Counted from the first letter of the stretch, positions 14,948-23,557 are shown. The stretch is DNA of 32,000 nucleotides from Candidatus Kuenenia stuttgartensis (GCF_900232105.1 NZ_LT934425.1:2580001-2612000), one strand, 5' to 3'. The notes: generated by a model from the sequence alone, not told the origin. Made by a program: numbers and translations.

Positions 14948-16741
14948 ATGAGACAATTATTAAAATATGAGTTGCTTGCTGCAGTACTCTTAAATATTTT
15001 TGCTCCAAATCTTCTTCATGCGGAAATGAGGGAAACCGAAGCGGTGCAGCAGATGATTCTTGCAAGGGAAAAGCAATTTACGCGGGCAAAACACGGTTTG
15101 ACCGTATTATATGATGAATATCTTGCCTACAAAGAAAAATCGAAATTTCCTGCAAAAATCGCAAAATTTGAACCGGAAATGCCCCTCTACCGAATAGAAG
15201 GGGATATGGTGGTTATTGATGCTGTTGCCGTAAATGATGCAGCTATTTTAAAAGAACATCTTGAATCACTCGGCATGAAGCAGGCAGTTGTTTATGGTAA
15301 TATGGTATCGGGATTGATGCCCATCGAAGCGGTTAAAAATATGGATGCACTGGAAAACCTCCGTTTTGCAAGGCCTTCATACGCCATAACCCGCGCGGGA
15401 AAGGTGGATGGTCAGGGCGATATTGCGATGAAATCTGATTTGGCGCGCAATACCTATGGAATTGATGGGAGAGGGATTACCATAGGAGTTTTATCGGACA
15501 GTTTTAACTGTTTGGATGGCGCAGTAGATGACGTAAGAAATGACGACCTCCCCTTCGAAATTACCGTACTGGAAGAAGAGTCTGGCTGCTCTTCCGGTTC
15601 GGATGAAGGACGGGCGATGATGCAGATCATACACGATGTTGCGCCGGGAGCAGGTCTCGCATTTCATTCGGCATTTAATGGCATGGCGGATTTTGCCGCA
15701 GGAATTATAAAATTAAAAACGGATGCGGGCGCACATGTCATTGTGGATGATGTGCAATATTTTGCAGAGCCGATGTTTCAGGACGGAATTATTGCCCAGG
15801 CGGTTGATATTGTGAAGGATTTGGGCGCAGTCTATTTTTCAGCGGCAGGCAATTCAGGGCGGGACGCCTATGAAAGTCTCTTTCGTCGGAGTGGCAAAGC
15901 CCCCGTGTTTTTCGGTGAACCGCATGATTTTGACCCCGGCGCTGACACCGATACATTTCAGGGCATAACCATACCGCCAGGAACAGAGGTTTACCTTGTC
16001 CTTCAATGGGATTCTCCTTTCTACTCGGTAAGCCCTCCAGTCTCCCAAAACGACATCGACGTCTTTCTTACCAACGACCCGCCAACAACAGTCCTTGCAT
16101 ACGGTATAGATAATAATATTGGTGGCGACCCGGTGGAGGCCTTGTATTATTACAATCCCATTGGTTCAGGAAACACAGATTTTAATATAGTAATTGAAAA
16201 TATCAAAGGGCCTGCGCCAAGGCTTATAAAATACGTGCTATTTAATTTTGAAGGAACGTTGAACGAATATGCTACAAAAAGCGGCACAATCTACGGGCAT
16301 GCGAACGCAGCCGGCGGAGTTGCGGTTGGCGCATCGGCATATTTTGAGACGCCTGAACTTGGCGTTGATCCGGCCATTCCGGAATATTACTCTTCCGCGG
16401 GGCACACAGTGGTATTTTTTGATGAAAATGGAACCTTTTCAACTCCACAAGTGCGTAAAAAACCGGAAATTGTAGCCATTGACGGAGTGAATACTACTTT
16501 TTTCGGAACGGATTGGGAGGAAGATGGATTCCCAAACTTCTTTGGAACATCAGCGGCGGCGCCTCATGCGGCGGCAGTTGTCGCATTAATGCTGGAAGCA
16601 AATCCACTTCTATCGCCGGATGACATTTATTCCATACTTAAAGATACCGCACTTGACATGGAAGAATCAGGATTTGACTATGACAGCGGATATGGTCTCA
16701 TCCAGGCAGACCTGGCTGTGGAAGAGGCATCGTCACGATAA
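14948..16741 (+). CDS. Secreted subtilisin-like serine protease (peptidase S8 family, divergent)
   Basis: Signal peptide. Asp region GITIGVLSDSF, His region IIHDVAPGAG, Ser region GTSAAAPHAAAVVALM. The classical HGT motif is absent, so the subfamily is uncertain. Confidence 0.75.
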   Translation: MRQLLKYELLAAVLLNIFAPNLLHAEMRETEAVQQMILAREKQFTRAKHGLTVLYDEYLAYKEKSKFPAKIAKFEPEMPLYRIEGDMVVIDAVAVNDAAILKEHLESLGMKQAVVYGNMVSGLMPIEAVKNMDALENLRFARPSYAITRAGKVDGQGDIAMKSDLARNTYGIDGRGITIGVLSDSFNCLDGAVDDVRNDDLPFEITVLEEESGCSSGSDEGRAMMQIIHDVAPGAGLAFHSAFNGMADFAAGIIKLKTDAGAHVIVDDVQYFAEPMFQDGIIAQAVDIVKDLGAVYFSAAGNSGRDAYESLFRRSGKAPVFFGEPHDFDPGADTDTFQGITIPPGTEVYLVLQWDSPFYSVSPPVSQNDIDVFLTNDPPTTVLAYGIDNNIGGDPVEALYYYNPIGSGNTDFNIVIENIKGPAPRLIKYVLFNFEGTLNEYATKSGTIYGHANAAGGVAVGASAYFETPELGVDPAIPEYYSSAGHTVVFFDENGTFSTPQVRKKPEIVAIDGVNTTFFGTDWEEDGFPNFFGTSAAAPHAAAVVALMLEANPLLSPDDIYSILKDTALDMEESGFDYDSGYGLIQADLAVEEASSR

Positions 16742-16750
16742 GTTTTTCTT

Positions 16751-16773
16751 GTAACGTTTTCGTTTTTTGAAAG
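16751..16773. repeat. Partial left arm of the family A element
   Basis: GTAACGTTTTCGTTTTTTGAAAG versus GTAACACTTTAGTTTTTTGAAAA (about 20/23). It begins 10 nt after the S8 protease stop. Confidence 0.55.
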
Positions 16774-16816
16774 TAACTATTCAGCGTAAACATTACGGTC
16801 TAACACCGACTTGTTA

Positions 16817-16964
16817 GAGAAACTCCGGTTTCTCAAAATAAAATCAATATGTCTGGTTTCTTATCCCTGCCGGAAACAGAGTTTCCTGCGTAATTGCCTG
16901 TCTGCCCACAGGCCGGCGTTCCCAAGCTGATACTTCACTATGTTCAGCACAAGGTTTGGGAACG
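16817..16964. repeat. Cluster of four short hairpins (REP-like)
   Basis: GAGAAAC-tccg-GTTTCTC (16817-16834); GGAAAC-aga-GTTTCC (16872-16886); GCCTGT-ctgccc-ACAGGC (16896-16913); CGTTCCCAA...TTGGGAACG (16917-16964). Confidence 0.6.
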
Positions 16965-17169
16965 AGTCGTGTTTTGGTCGTTTAATATATTACGATTAAT
17001 GGTTACAAAGTCAATTAGATAATAAGCAACAGCAGTTACGCATATACTCCTAAAGAATGATGGGAGATGGGATATGAGTATTTTTATGACGCATATAACA
17101 AGTTGTGCTTCATTTCAAAACGATCGTGCTTAGTGGACACTGACGAGTAAAAAATGGGACTGCCTTGAA

Positions 17170-18651
17170 ATGACACTTACGACAGAAAACCTACTTTTAA
17201 TTGGTTCAATATTATTATTGTTAAGTATTCTTGCCAGCAAGACAACAGGAAAACTTGGCGTTCCTGCGCTTATTATTTTTCTGGCAGTGGGTATGTTTGC
17301 AGGTTCGGACGGAATTGGTGGCATCCACTTTGATAACCCCAATCTTGCACAATCACTTGGTGCTATTGCCCTGACTTTTATTTTGTTTTCGGGCGGACTT
17401 GAAACAAAATGGGAAAGTGTAAAACCTGTTTTGTGGCAGGGTGTTACTCTATCAACTTTGGGAGTATTGCTCACAGCAGTTTCTTTAGGATTTTTCATTT
17501 CCTATATTTCTGGCTTTACACTTACAGAAGGACTTTTAATCGGTGCAATTGTATCGTCAACTGATGCTGCTGCGGTATTCTCTATTCTTCGTTCAAAAAG
17601 CATAGGGCTAAAAGGAAATTTAAGACCATTGCTGGAATTGGAATCGGGTAGCAACGACCCGATGGCATATTTCCTGACTATTGGTATTACATCTTTGCTC
17701 GTGCATAAAGGTACCTCTTTTGCTTTATTAATTCCAATGTTCTTTCAACAAATGATTATTGGCGCAATTGCGGGTTACTTATTGGGTAAGGCAATGATAT
17801 GGATGCTTAATAAGATAAATCTTGACCATGACGGGCTTTATCCCGTCCTGACGCTTGCTCTCATATTTTTTACTTATGGCATTACTACTTTTTTCAATGG
17901 CAATGGTTTTCTTGCTGTTTACCTCTCAGCAATTATTCTTGGCAATGAAAATTTTATTCACAAAAAAAGCATTATACGGTTTTATGACGGGCAGGCATGG
18001 ATGATGCAAATTGTGATGTTCCTTGCTCTTGGTTTGCTTGTGTTTCCAAAACAAATGTTGCCTTTCATTGGAACAGGAAGTGTCATTGCTCTTTTTCTGA
18101 TGTTTGTAGCAAGACCACTTGCCGTATTTCTTTGTCTTTTATTTTTTAAAATGAGAAACAGGGAACGCTTGCTTATCTCGTGGGTTGGGTTAAGAGGTGC
18201 AGTTCCTATTGTATTTGCCACTTATCCACTCATTCAAGGTGTTGAAAAATCAGAAATGATATTCAATATTGTTTTTTTTATCGTGCTGTCCTCTGTAATG
18301 CTACAAGGAACAACCATTCCGATTGTTGCAAAGTGGCTTTATTTATTTAAACCTGTAAAATTCAAAACCCGTTATCCGCTGGAACTGGAACTATCGGACA
18401 ATTTTAAAAATGAACTTTTTGAAGTAGAAATAAAAGAGAATTCAAACGCAATCGGCAGACAAATTTTTCAACTCAAATTTCCGAAAACATCACTTATTGT
18501 ATTGATTAACCGTAGTGACAAATATATTACACCAAGCGGGACAACTACCATAGTACAGGGCGACAAATTATTGATTATGTCGGACAACAAAAAAGACAAG
18601 GATGAGATTGAACAAGTAATTCTTAACTACACAGAAACACCATCAAACTAA
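17170..18651 (+). CDS. nhaP2: K+/H+ antiporter, NhaP2/CvrA type (CPA1 with a C-terminal TrkA-C domain)
   Basis: N-terminal LLLIGSILLLLSILASKTTGKLGVPALIIFLAVGMFAGSDGIGGIHFDN matches the NhaP2 pattern. It has about 12 TM segments and a C-terminal RCK_C-like segment (IGRQIFQLKFPKTSLIVLINRSDKYITPSGTTTIVQGDKLLIM). Confidence 0.85.
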   Translation: MTLTTENLLLIGSILLLLSILASKTTGKLGVPALIIFLAVGMFAGSDGIGGIHFDNPNLAQSLGAIALTFILFSGGLETKWESVKPVLWQGVTLSTLGVLLTAVSLGFFISYISGFTLTEGLLIGAIVSSTDAAAVFSILRSKSIGLKGNLRPLLELESGSNDPMAYFLTIGITSLLVHKGTSFALLIPMFFQQMIIGAIAGYLLGKAMIWMLNKINLDHDGLYPVLTLALIFFTYGITTFFNGNGFLAVYLSAIILGNENFIHKKSIIRFYDGQAWMMQIVMFLALGLLVFPKQMLPFIGTGSVIALFLMFVARPLAVFLCLLFFKMRNRERLLISWVGLRGAVPIVFATYPLIQGVEKSEMIFNIVFFIVLSSVMLQGTTIPIVAKWLYLFKPVKFKTRYPLELELSDNFKNELFEVEIKENSNAIGRQIFQLKFPKTSLIVLINRSDKYITPSGTTTIVQGDKLLIMSDNKKDKDEIEQVILNYTETPSN

Positions 18652-18879
18652 TGCTATGGACACGGAAGACAAAAAAGAACGAACGCGAACCGTCAGACCG
18701 GACAAGGGAGGGGGCTGCCTTTGAAAATAAATATAGAATCTGTTGTGCCGATTGTTTAAATCTTCTTTGTGTTTTCGTTTACCCCGATTATCTGCAGAGC
18801 AGCTTTTGTTGCCGCGCTTAAACTTGCACCAAATTACGCAGTGCCAAATAACTTAATGTCTGTGTCATCTTGTTTTTTC

Positions 18880-18977
18880 GTAACACTTTAGTTTTTTGAA
18901 AAAGTAGGGGCGAAGCATTTGCCCGTTTGGGTATGAACGCATTTATGACAATCTATATCAAATGCTTCGCCACCTAC
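18880..18977 (-). repeat. Family A element, left arm plus inner hairpin (right arm degenerate)
   Basis: GTAACACTTTAGTTTTTTGAAAAA (18880-18903) is followed directly by GTAGGGGCGAAGCATTTGCC (18904-18923), a 36-nt loop and AAATGCTTCGCCACCTAC (ending at 18977). On the minus strand the hairpin is followed by TTTTTC. Confidence 0.8.
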
Positions 18978-19111
18978 GCTTCAATTGTGAATTAATGAAG
19001 CAATTGAATGGCAACAAACGAAACACATTTGGAAACTCCATGTAATTGCACCTTGGGAAAAATTGTGCGGCAGAAGGAATTAGTGAAGGAATAGGGGTAG
19101 GGGAACTATTA

Positions 19112-19147
19112 CCAAAAAAGCCATTAACAAAAGAAATTAATGGCTTT
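19112..19147 (-). terminator. Rho-independent terminator of ssrA
   Basis: On the minus strand, AAGCCATTAA-tttcttttg-TTAATGGCTT is followed by TTTTGG. The stem is 19118-19127 with 19137-19146, about 70 nt downstream of the tmRNA CCA end. Confidence 0.75.
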
Positions 19148-19217
19148 CCATGGACACATTGGGGATGTTATTTTTGACAGGTTAAAATCATTAGATATTT
19201 AATTACAATAACTTAAT

Positions 19218-19570
19218 TGGTGGAGGCGGCGGGAATTGAACCCGCGTCCCTAGATGTTTCAATATAGGCTTCTACGTATATAGTCTGTTTTTTAATTTCG
19301 CCGTTAAAACCCTAACAGACAAGGTTTTTAAAAGCTAGCACAACTACTAGTTCATTTAAGACCCCGCGGTGCAAAAGGTCTAAACTAACCTGCTATTCTT
19401 CGTTTCATCAATTTCGCAGGTAAAACGGATGAAACGTGGCTGTCAATTAAGCAGCCATTGCCATTGGTTCTTCGGCATTTAATTGTTTTGCCAGGTTTTT
19501 AATGAGGCCGCCTGACAACCTCAATACGCAACCTATATATCGTACAATCCGGTCGAATCCTTTCGCCCCC
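19218..19570 (-). ncRNA. ssrA: tmRNA (SsrA), one-piece, 353 nt
   Basis: On the minus strand the 5' end reads GGGGGCGAAAGGATTCGACCGG and the 3' end reads GGGACGCGGGTTCAATTCCCGCCGCCTCCACCA (tRNA-Ala-like acceptor/T-arm with encoded CCA). The internal tag reading frame is GCC GAA GAA CCA ATG GCA ATG GCT GCT TAA (19447-19476), giving AEEPMAMAA*. Confidence 0.95.
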
Positions 19571-19693
19571 TTATTTTATCTTTATTAAAAATTAATATGT
19601 AATACTTTATAAAATGATTATAGCATAAATGAGGGGAAATGCAATTCTCCAAATTACGTTTACCAAATAATTCTTTGGTTTTTGTGACCAATT

Positions 19694-19709
19694 TCACAAC
19701 GGTATCACC
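19694..19709. promoter_or_regulatory. Perfect TGTGA-N6-TCACA palindrome (CRP/FNR-family-like site)
   Basis: TGTGACCAATTTCACA read directly. It lies in the gene-free region between ssrA and the ORF at 20060. No target promoter is defined. Confidence 0.25.
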
Positions 19710-20059
19710 AATAATCGTTTTTTTTTAAACGGTGAATAAATCCTATGCTTTATAAAAGCCCCTTCCAAAAAAATTTTATTAACAGCGTATCCACATTAAA
19801 AATAATCCGCATTCTTTTCAAAGAAACATGCCTTACCGAAAACATATCGCTAATTATAAGTATTTAAATTACATACAAATACATCATCTATTCGGAGAAA
19901 GATATCGAGTAAAAAAACAATATCGTTTCCTGCTTTATTTTATTTCTCTCATGGCGAAAACGTGTAACTATCGTATTTGGGCATGAAAATAGCTCGTATG
20001 CTATGCAACTTTAGAAATTGTATATGGGATTATTAGGTGGTTTTGGGGAAAGTAAAAAT

Positions 20060-20410
20060 ATGATAAATAATGTGAACTCATCGACGTCAGAACTGTTAAA
20101 ACAAATACAAAGATTGTCTTCTCAAACAAAAACAAAACCAGCGCCAAAACCAGAAACGCATGCACTTTACAAAGGCAATGAAGTAAATACCCGCGCAGAA
20201 AACATAAAAAAAATACTTAATACCATAAAAACAAATAACTTAGAAAAAACACAAAAGGGAAATACGGTGGCGGGGCAAAAAATTGATGGAATGAAAAAGG
20301 TGAACAATGACGGGAAAAACCTTCAGATAGCAGAGAATTACAAACCCATTCCCTTAGAAAAGATATCCTTTAGCAGGCAAGTTGGTTCGTTTCTTGATAC
20401 ATATGTTTAA
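20060..20410 (+). CDS. Hypothetical small protein (Lys/Asn/Thr-rich, likely disordered)
   Basis: The ORF is open from 20018. The ATG at 20060 has a GGGGAAAG Shine-Dalgarno 7 nt upstream; the ATG at 20024 is an alternative start. I recognise no family. Confidence 0.45.
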   Translation: MINNVNSSTSELLKQIQRLSSQTKTKPAPKPETHALYKGNEVNTRAENIKKILNTIKTNNLEKTQKGNTVAGQKIDGMKKVNNDGKNLQIAENYKPIPLEKISFSRQVGSFLDTYV

Positions 20411-20556
20411 ACTGTTTCGTCAATGAAAACAGACTGCCGTTTCGTATAACAATCCACTATTACTCAATACCACCATAGCAACAAATACTTCCCTTGATTT
20501 CCAGCTTGTTTTCCTTCTGCGTTTCTGTGTGCTTATCGTTGCAACATAAAATTCCC

Positions 20557-20613
20557 CAAAAAAAGCAGCAAGCTGGTTTTTGTAGAAAAGGAGGAAAACA
20601 AAAACCAGCTTGC
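20557..20613 (-). terminator. Orphan minus-strand intrinsic-terminator-like hairpin
   Basis: A 14-bp perfect stem, GCAAGCTGGTTTTT (20568-20581) with AAAAACCAGCTTGC (20600-20613), and an 18-nt loop. On the minus strand it is followed by tgc-TTTTTTT. No annotated minus-strand gene lies upstream. Confidence 0.45.
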
Positions 20614-20815
20614 CATTGAGAAAAGGAGAGTAATGTTGCTTTGTAAAACAACTATATTTCATAAAAAGTTCCAATGTGACTAATGTAAAATTTGTTTTTA
20701 TGTTTCTTTAAATTTAAGTATAATTATTGACAATACATTGTAGTGTTCCCGCATCAGTTGTGTTTCTGTTTAGTTGTAAGGGAATGTTTCTTTTGCAACT
20801 CCTTAGCGATTGTAT

Positions 20816-21049
20816 ATGACAACAATTTCAAAACATGCCAATTTAATAAAAAAAGTCCTATTTATAACCGGGATATGCATTTCTTATAGCAGTATCATCT
20901 TCCTTACGTATTGTGCCATTATTAAAGTACATAATATTAACGACCCTGAACATGCAAAAAAAATTGTTATTAGTACTTTTTTTGCCAATATAATTCTCTT
21001 TGGGGGGAGTATTTATTTGATTTTAAAGCTGAAAGGTCTATCAAAATAA
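20816..21049 (+). CDS. Small membrane protein (2 predicted TM helices), upstream of htrA
   Basis: 77 aa with two hydrophobic stretches (VLFITGICISYSSIIFLTYCAII and VISTFFANIILFGGSIYLIL). Its stop lies 2 nt before the htrA ATG. Confidence 0.55.
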   Translation: MTTISKHANLIKKVLFITGICISYSSIIFLTYCAIIKVHNINDPEHAKKIVISTFFANIILFGGSIYLILKLKGLSK

Positions 21050-21051
21050 AA

Positions 21052-22542
21052 ATGAAAATTACCAAAAAACTCTTTCTTGTTTTGCCGCTAACACTCTTCC
21101 TTTTCTCAAGCAATAGATTTGTCTTCTCAAATCAGGATATTAATGCAGAGACGTTGAGGCAGGAACTTGTCGAACTCGAAAAACACGCAAAACCAATCAT
21201 AGAAATATTTCGAAAGGTTCCTGCGCTGGTGAATCCTTCCGTTGTAAGCCTTATTACGGAAAAAAAGGTATATGGGGGAGATAATCATCCCGCCCAACCG
21301 GCAAATCCTGACCAGGTCCCGCATGCCGGTGCAATTCCCAAAAAAGGACTTGGTTCCGGCATTATAGTGGATGAACGCGGTTACATTTTGACTAACAATC
21401 ACGTTATCAGCGATTATTCGCCGGAAGAAATTACGGTGGTCACGTATAACGAGGAGCAATATCATGATATTACCATCATTGGCATTGACCCAAATACCGA
21501 TCTGGCGGTCATAAAAATCGATGGTGAAGGATTTATGCCGGCAAGGTTTGGCAACCCTGAAGAGGTACAGGTAGGGGATTGGGTTATTGCTATCGGCAAT
21601 CCTTTCGGATTTCAGCAAACAGTTTCCATGGGTATTATCAGCGCCAAAGGAAGAACACATGTAATCCCGCTTGCGCTTCCCTTTCTCTATGAAGATTTTT
21701 TCCAGACAGATGCGGCCATTAACCCTGGTAACAGTGGAGGACCATTGGTTAATCTAAGAGGGGAAGTTATTGGTGTGAATACCGCAATTGCCACCCGTTC
21801 CGGCGGATTTCAAGGCGTGGGTTTTGCGTTGTCTGCAAGCATCGCGCAAGAGACAGTCGAAACCATAATAAATACCGGTACAATCGTGAGGGGTTACCTG
21901 GGTATTGGAACACAGGATATTACCGATGAATTTGCGTTGAAGCTTGGTTTTGAAAATAAGTATGATATGGTAAAACACTTTGGCTTAGTCAAAGACAAGG
22001 GTGTATTTGTCATGGAAGTATGGAGCGAAACCCCTGCATTTAAGGCGGGAATCCTTCCCGGAGACGTTATATGTGAAATGAATGATGATGTTATAAAAAA
22101 TTCACTGGATTTGCAACGCGTTATAAGACATGCGAAGATAGATGCCCGTATCATGATTAAAGTTTTAAGAAATGGGGAGGAAAACATCCTTACAGCCATA
22201 GTTGAACAGCAACCCGAAGACCTTTCCGGAAGAACATATGCCGCTTTTAGAAAACAAGATGAACCCTCGAAGTTTTCAATAGGGCTGATTGTCAATGATG
22301 TAACGTATGAAATCGCGAGATCGCTTGGACTGGAAAAAGAAGAAGGTGTGTTGGTGCTTGAAGTGGACGATAATAGCCCTGCCGGGCATGCAGGCATAGA
22401 ACCAGGCGATTTGATTACCAAAGTCGGAACGAAAAATGTCAATTCTGTCATTGAATTCATGGGAATTATTGAAGAGTACCTAAGCTCTAACAAAACAATC
22501 ACGGTGTATATTAAAAACAAAGGATTTGTTACCCTGAAGTAG
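21052..22542 (+). CDS. htrA: Periplasmic serine endoprotease HtrA/DegP/DegQ family with two PDZ domains
   Basis: Signal peptide. Trypsin-like catalytic motifs TNNHV (His), DLAVIKI (Asp) and GNSGGPLVN (Ser). Two PDZ-like segments (GILPGDVICEMND... and GIEPGDLITKVG...). Confidence 0.9.
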   Translation: MKITKKLFLVLPLTLFLFSSNRFVFSNQDINAETLRQELVELEKHAKPIIEIFRKVPALVNPSVVSLITEKKVYGGDNHPAQPANPDQVPHAGAIPKKGLGSGIIVDERGYILTNNHVISDYSPEEITVVTYNEEQYHDITIIGIDPNTDLAVIKIDGEGFMPARFGNPEEVQVGDWVIAIGNPFGFQQTVSMGIISAKGRTHVIPLALPFLYEDFFQTDAAINPGNSGGPLVNLRGEVIGVNTAIATRSGGFQGVGFALSASIAQETVETIINTGTIVRGYLGIGTQDITDEFALKLGFENKYDMVKHFGLVKDKGVFVMEVWSETPAFKAGILPGDVICEMNDDVIKNSLDLQRVIRHAKIDARIMIKVLRNGEENILTAIVEQQPEDLSGRTYAAFRKQDEPSKFSIGLIVNDVTYEIARSLGLEKEEGVLVLEVDDNSPAGHAGIEPGDLITKVGTKNVNSVIEFMGIIEEYLSSNKTITVYIKNKGFVTLK

Positions 22543-22616
22543 CTATTTTATTTTGCCACACCAAGGCTTGTATCCGTAGCTTTTGTTATACAATCCTCCA
22601 CAACAATACACCTGAG

Positions 22617-22772
22617 CTGCCATAACCAGAACCAGAACCAAACAAGCACGAAAACAGTCCTCAGTCCTCAATCTGCAATTTGCCGACTGCCGACAGTAGA
22701 TTGCCGATTACAGAAGTGACAATTAAATATTTAGCCAAAAAATGCAAAGAAATTACTGATAAGTACTAAAAT
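22617..22772. repeat. Uninterrupted copy of the composite intergenic repeat (same ends as 833-935 plus 3330-3447, different interior)
   Basis: The left end 22617-22654 matches 833-863, and the right end 22727-22772 matches 3401-3447 (about 40/46). The interior contains (CAGTCCT)x2 and three TGCCGA(C/T) repeats. CAGTCCTCAGTCCTCAAT recurs in reverse complement at 27341-27360. Confidence 0.7.
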
Positions 22773-22807
22773 GCCCTGTGATACTGCAATCATCTTAAGG
22801 AAATCAA

Positions 22808-23557
22808 ATGCGAACCCAAACCCAAATGTATAAACTCTATCAGATATTTTTCACACTGTTTTCATGGCTAACATTTGTTTTTGCCTGGATGCTTGCCACA
22901 TTTCTATCAATACTTCTCAGTATGGACACAAAGAATAAAGAAAAGGTATTTAACACGATGGAAAGGGTTTTCAGCCGTATTTCTTTTAAGATCATTGGTA
23001 TGAAGGTTGCTTTGGAAGGATTGGAAAATATTCCCAAAAACGAACCTGTCATCTTTATTGCAAACCATCAAAGCATGATGGATATTAAACTTTCTCTTGC
23101 GTACATTCCGGTAAATTTTAGTTTTATCTCGAAAGAGGCTATATTTCACGTGCCGGTATTGGGCGCATATATGACTGTTTCAGGACATATACCTATTAAA
23201 AGGGAAGAGGACAGAAAGGCATACACTAGTCTCATAAAAGCAATTAATGAGTTAACCGCAAAACAGAAATCACTGGTGATATTCCCGGAAGGCACAAGAA
23301 GCGAAGACGGCACACTGGGGACATTCAAAAGAGGGATATCGCTTATTGTCTTAAAATCAAAAAGAAGGGTCGTCCCTATGGCAATAAGTGGAAGTAACCG
23401 ATTTATGCCAAAGCACGGATTTTTATCGTATCCCGAAAACAGGAACGTGAAAATATCATTTGGCAAACCGCTCTCCTTTGATAATTCAAGGACTGATCGG
23501 GAATACACCATTTATGTTACCAATACGCTGAGAAATGCAGTGATGGAACTTTTGTGA
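22808..23557 (+). CDS. plsC: 1-acyl-sn-glycerol-3-phosphate acyltransferase
   Basis: N-terminal TM helix, HX4D motif NHQSMMD and FPEGTRS motif. Confidence 0.85.
   Translation: MRTQTQMYKLYQIFFTLFSWLTFVFAWMLATFLSILLSMDTKNKEKVFNTMERVFSRISFKIIGMKVALEGLENIPKNEPVIFIANHQSMMDIKLSLAYIPVNFSFISKEAIFHVPVLGAYMTVSGHIPIKREEDRKAYTSLIKAINELTAKQKSLVIFPEGTRSEDGTLGTFKRGISLIVLKSKRRVVPMAISGSNRFMPKHGFLSYPENRNVKISFGKPLSFDNSRTDREYTIYVTNTLRNAVMELL

Noticed and set aside
18652-19217. Genomic island integrated at the tmRNA 3' end
   Set aside because: There is no integrase or other ORF and no duplicated copy of the ssrA 3' end. The space is filled by the ssrA terminator and a family A repeat.
19978-19994. Sigma-54-like promoter TGGGCATGAAAATAGCT upstream of the 20018/20060 ORF
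   Set aside because: Only the GG-N10-GC spacing fits. The flanking consensus positions (TGGCAC / TTGCA) are poorly matched, and no enhancer-binding-protein gene is nearby.
20060-20410. FlgM (anti-sigma-28) assignment for the small Lys/Asn-rich protein
   Set aside because: Only the size and the disordered character fit. The conserved C-terminal FlgM helix pattern is not recognisable and no flagellar genes are nearby.
21127-22520. 177-, 74- and 208-aa minus-strand ORFs
   Set aside because: They are antisense to htrA, whose catalytic triad and PDZ motifs are unambiguous.
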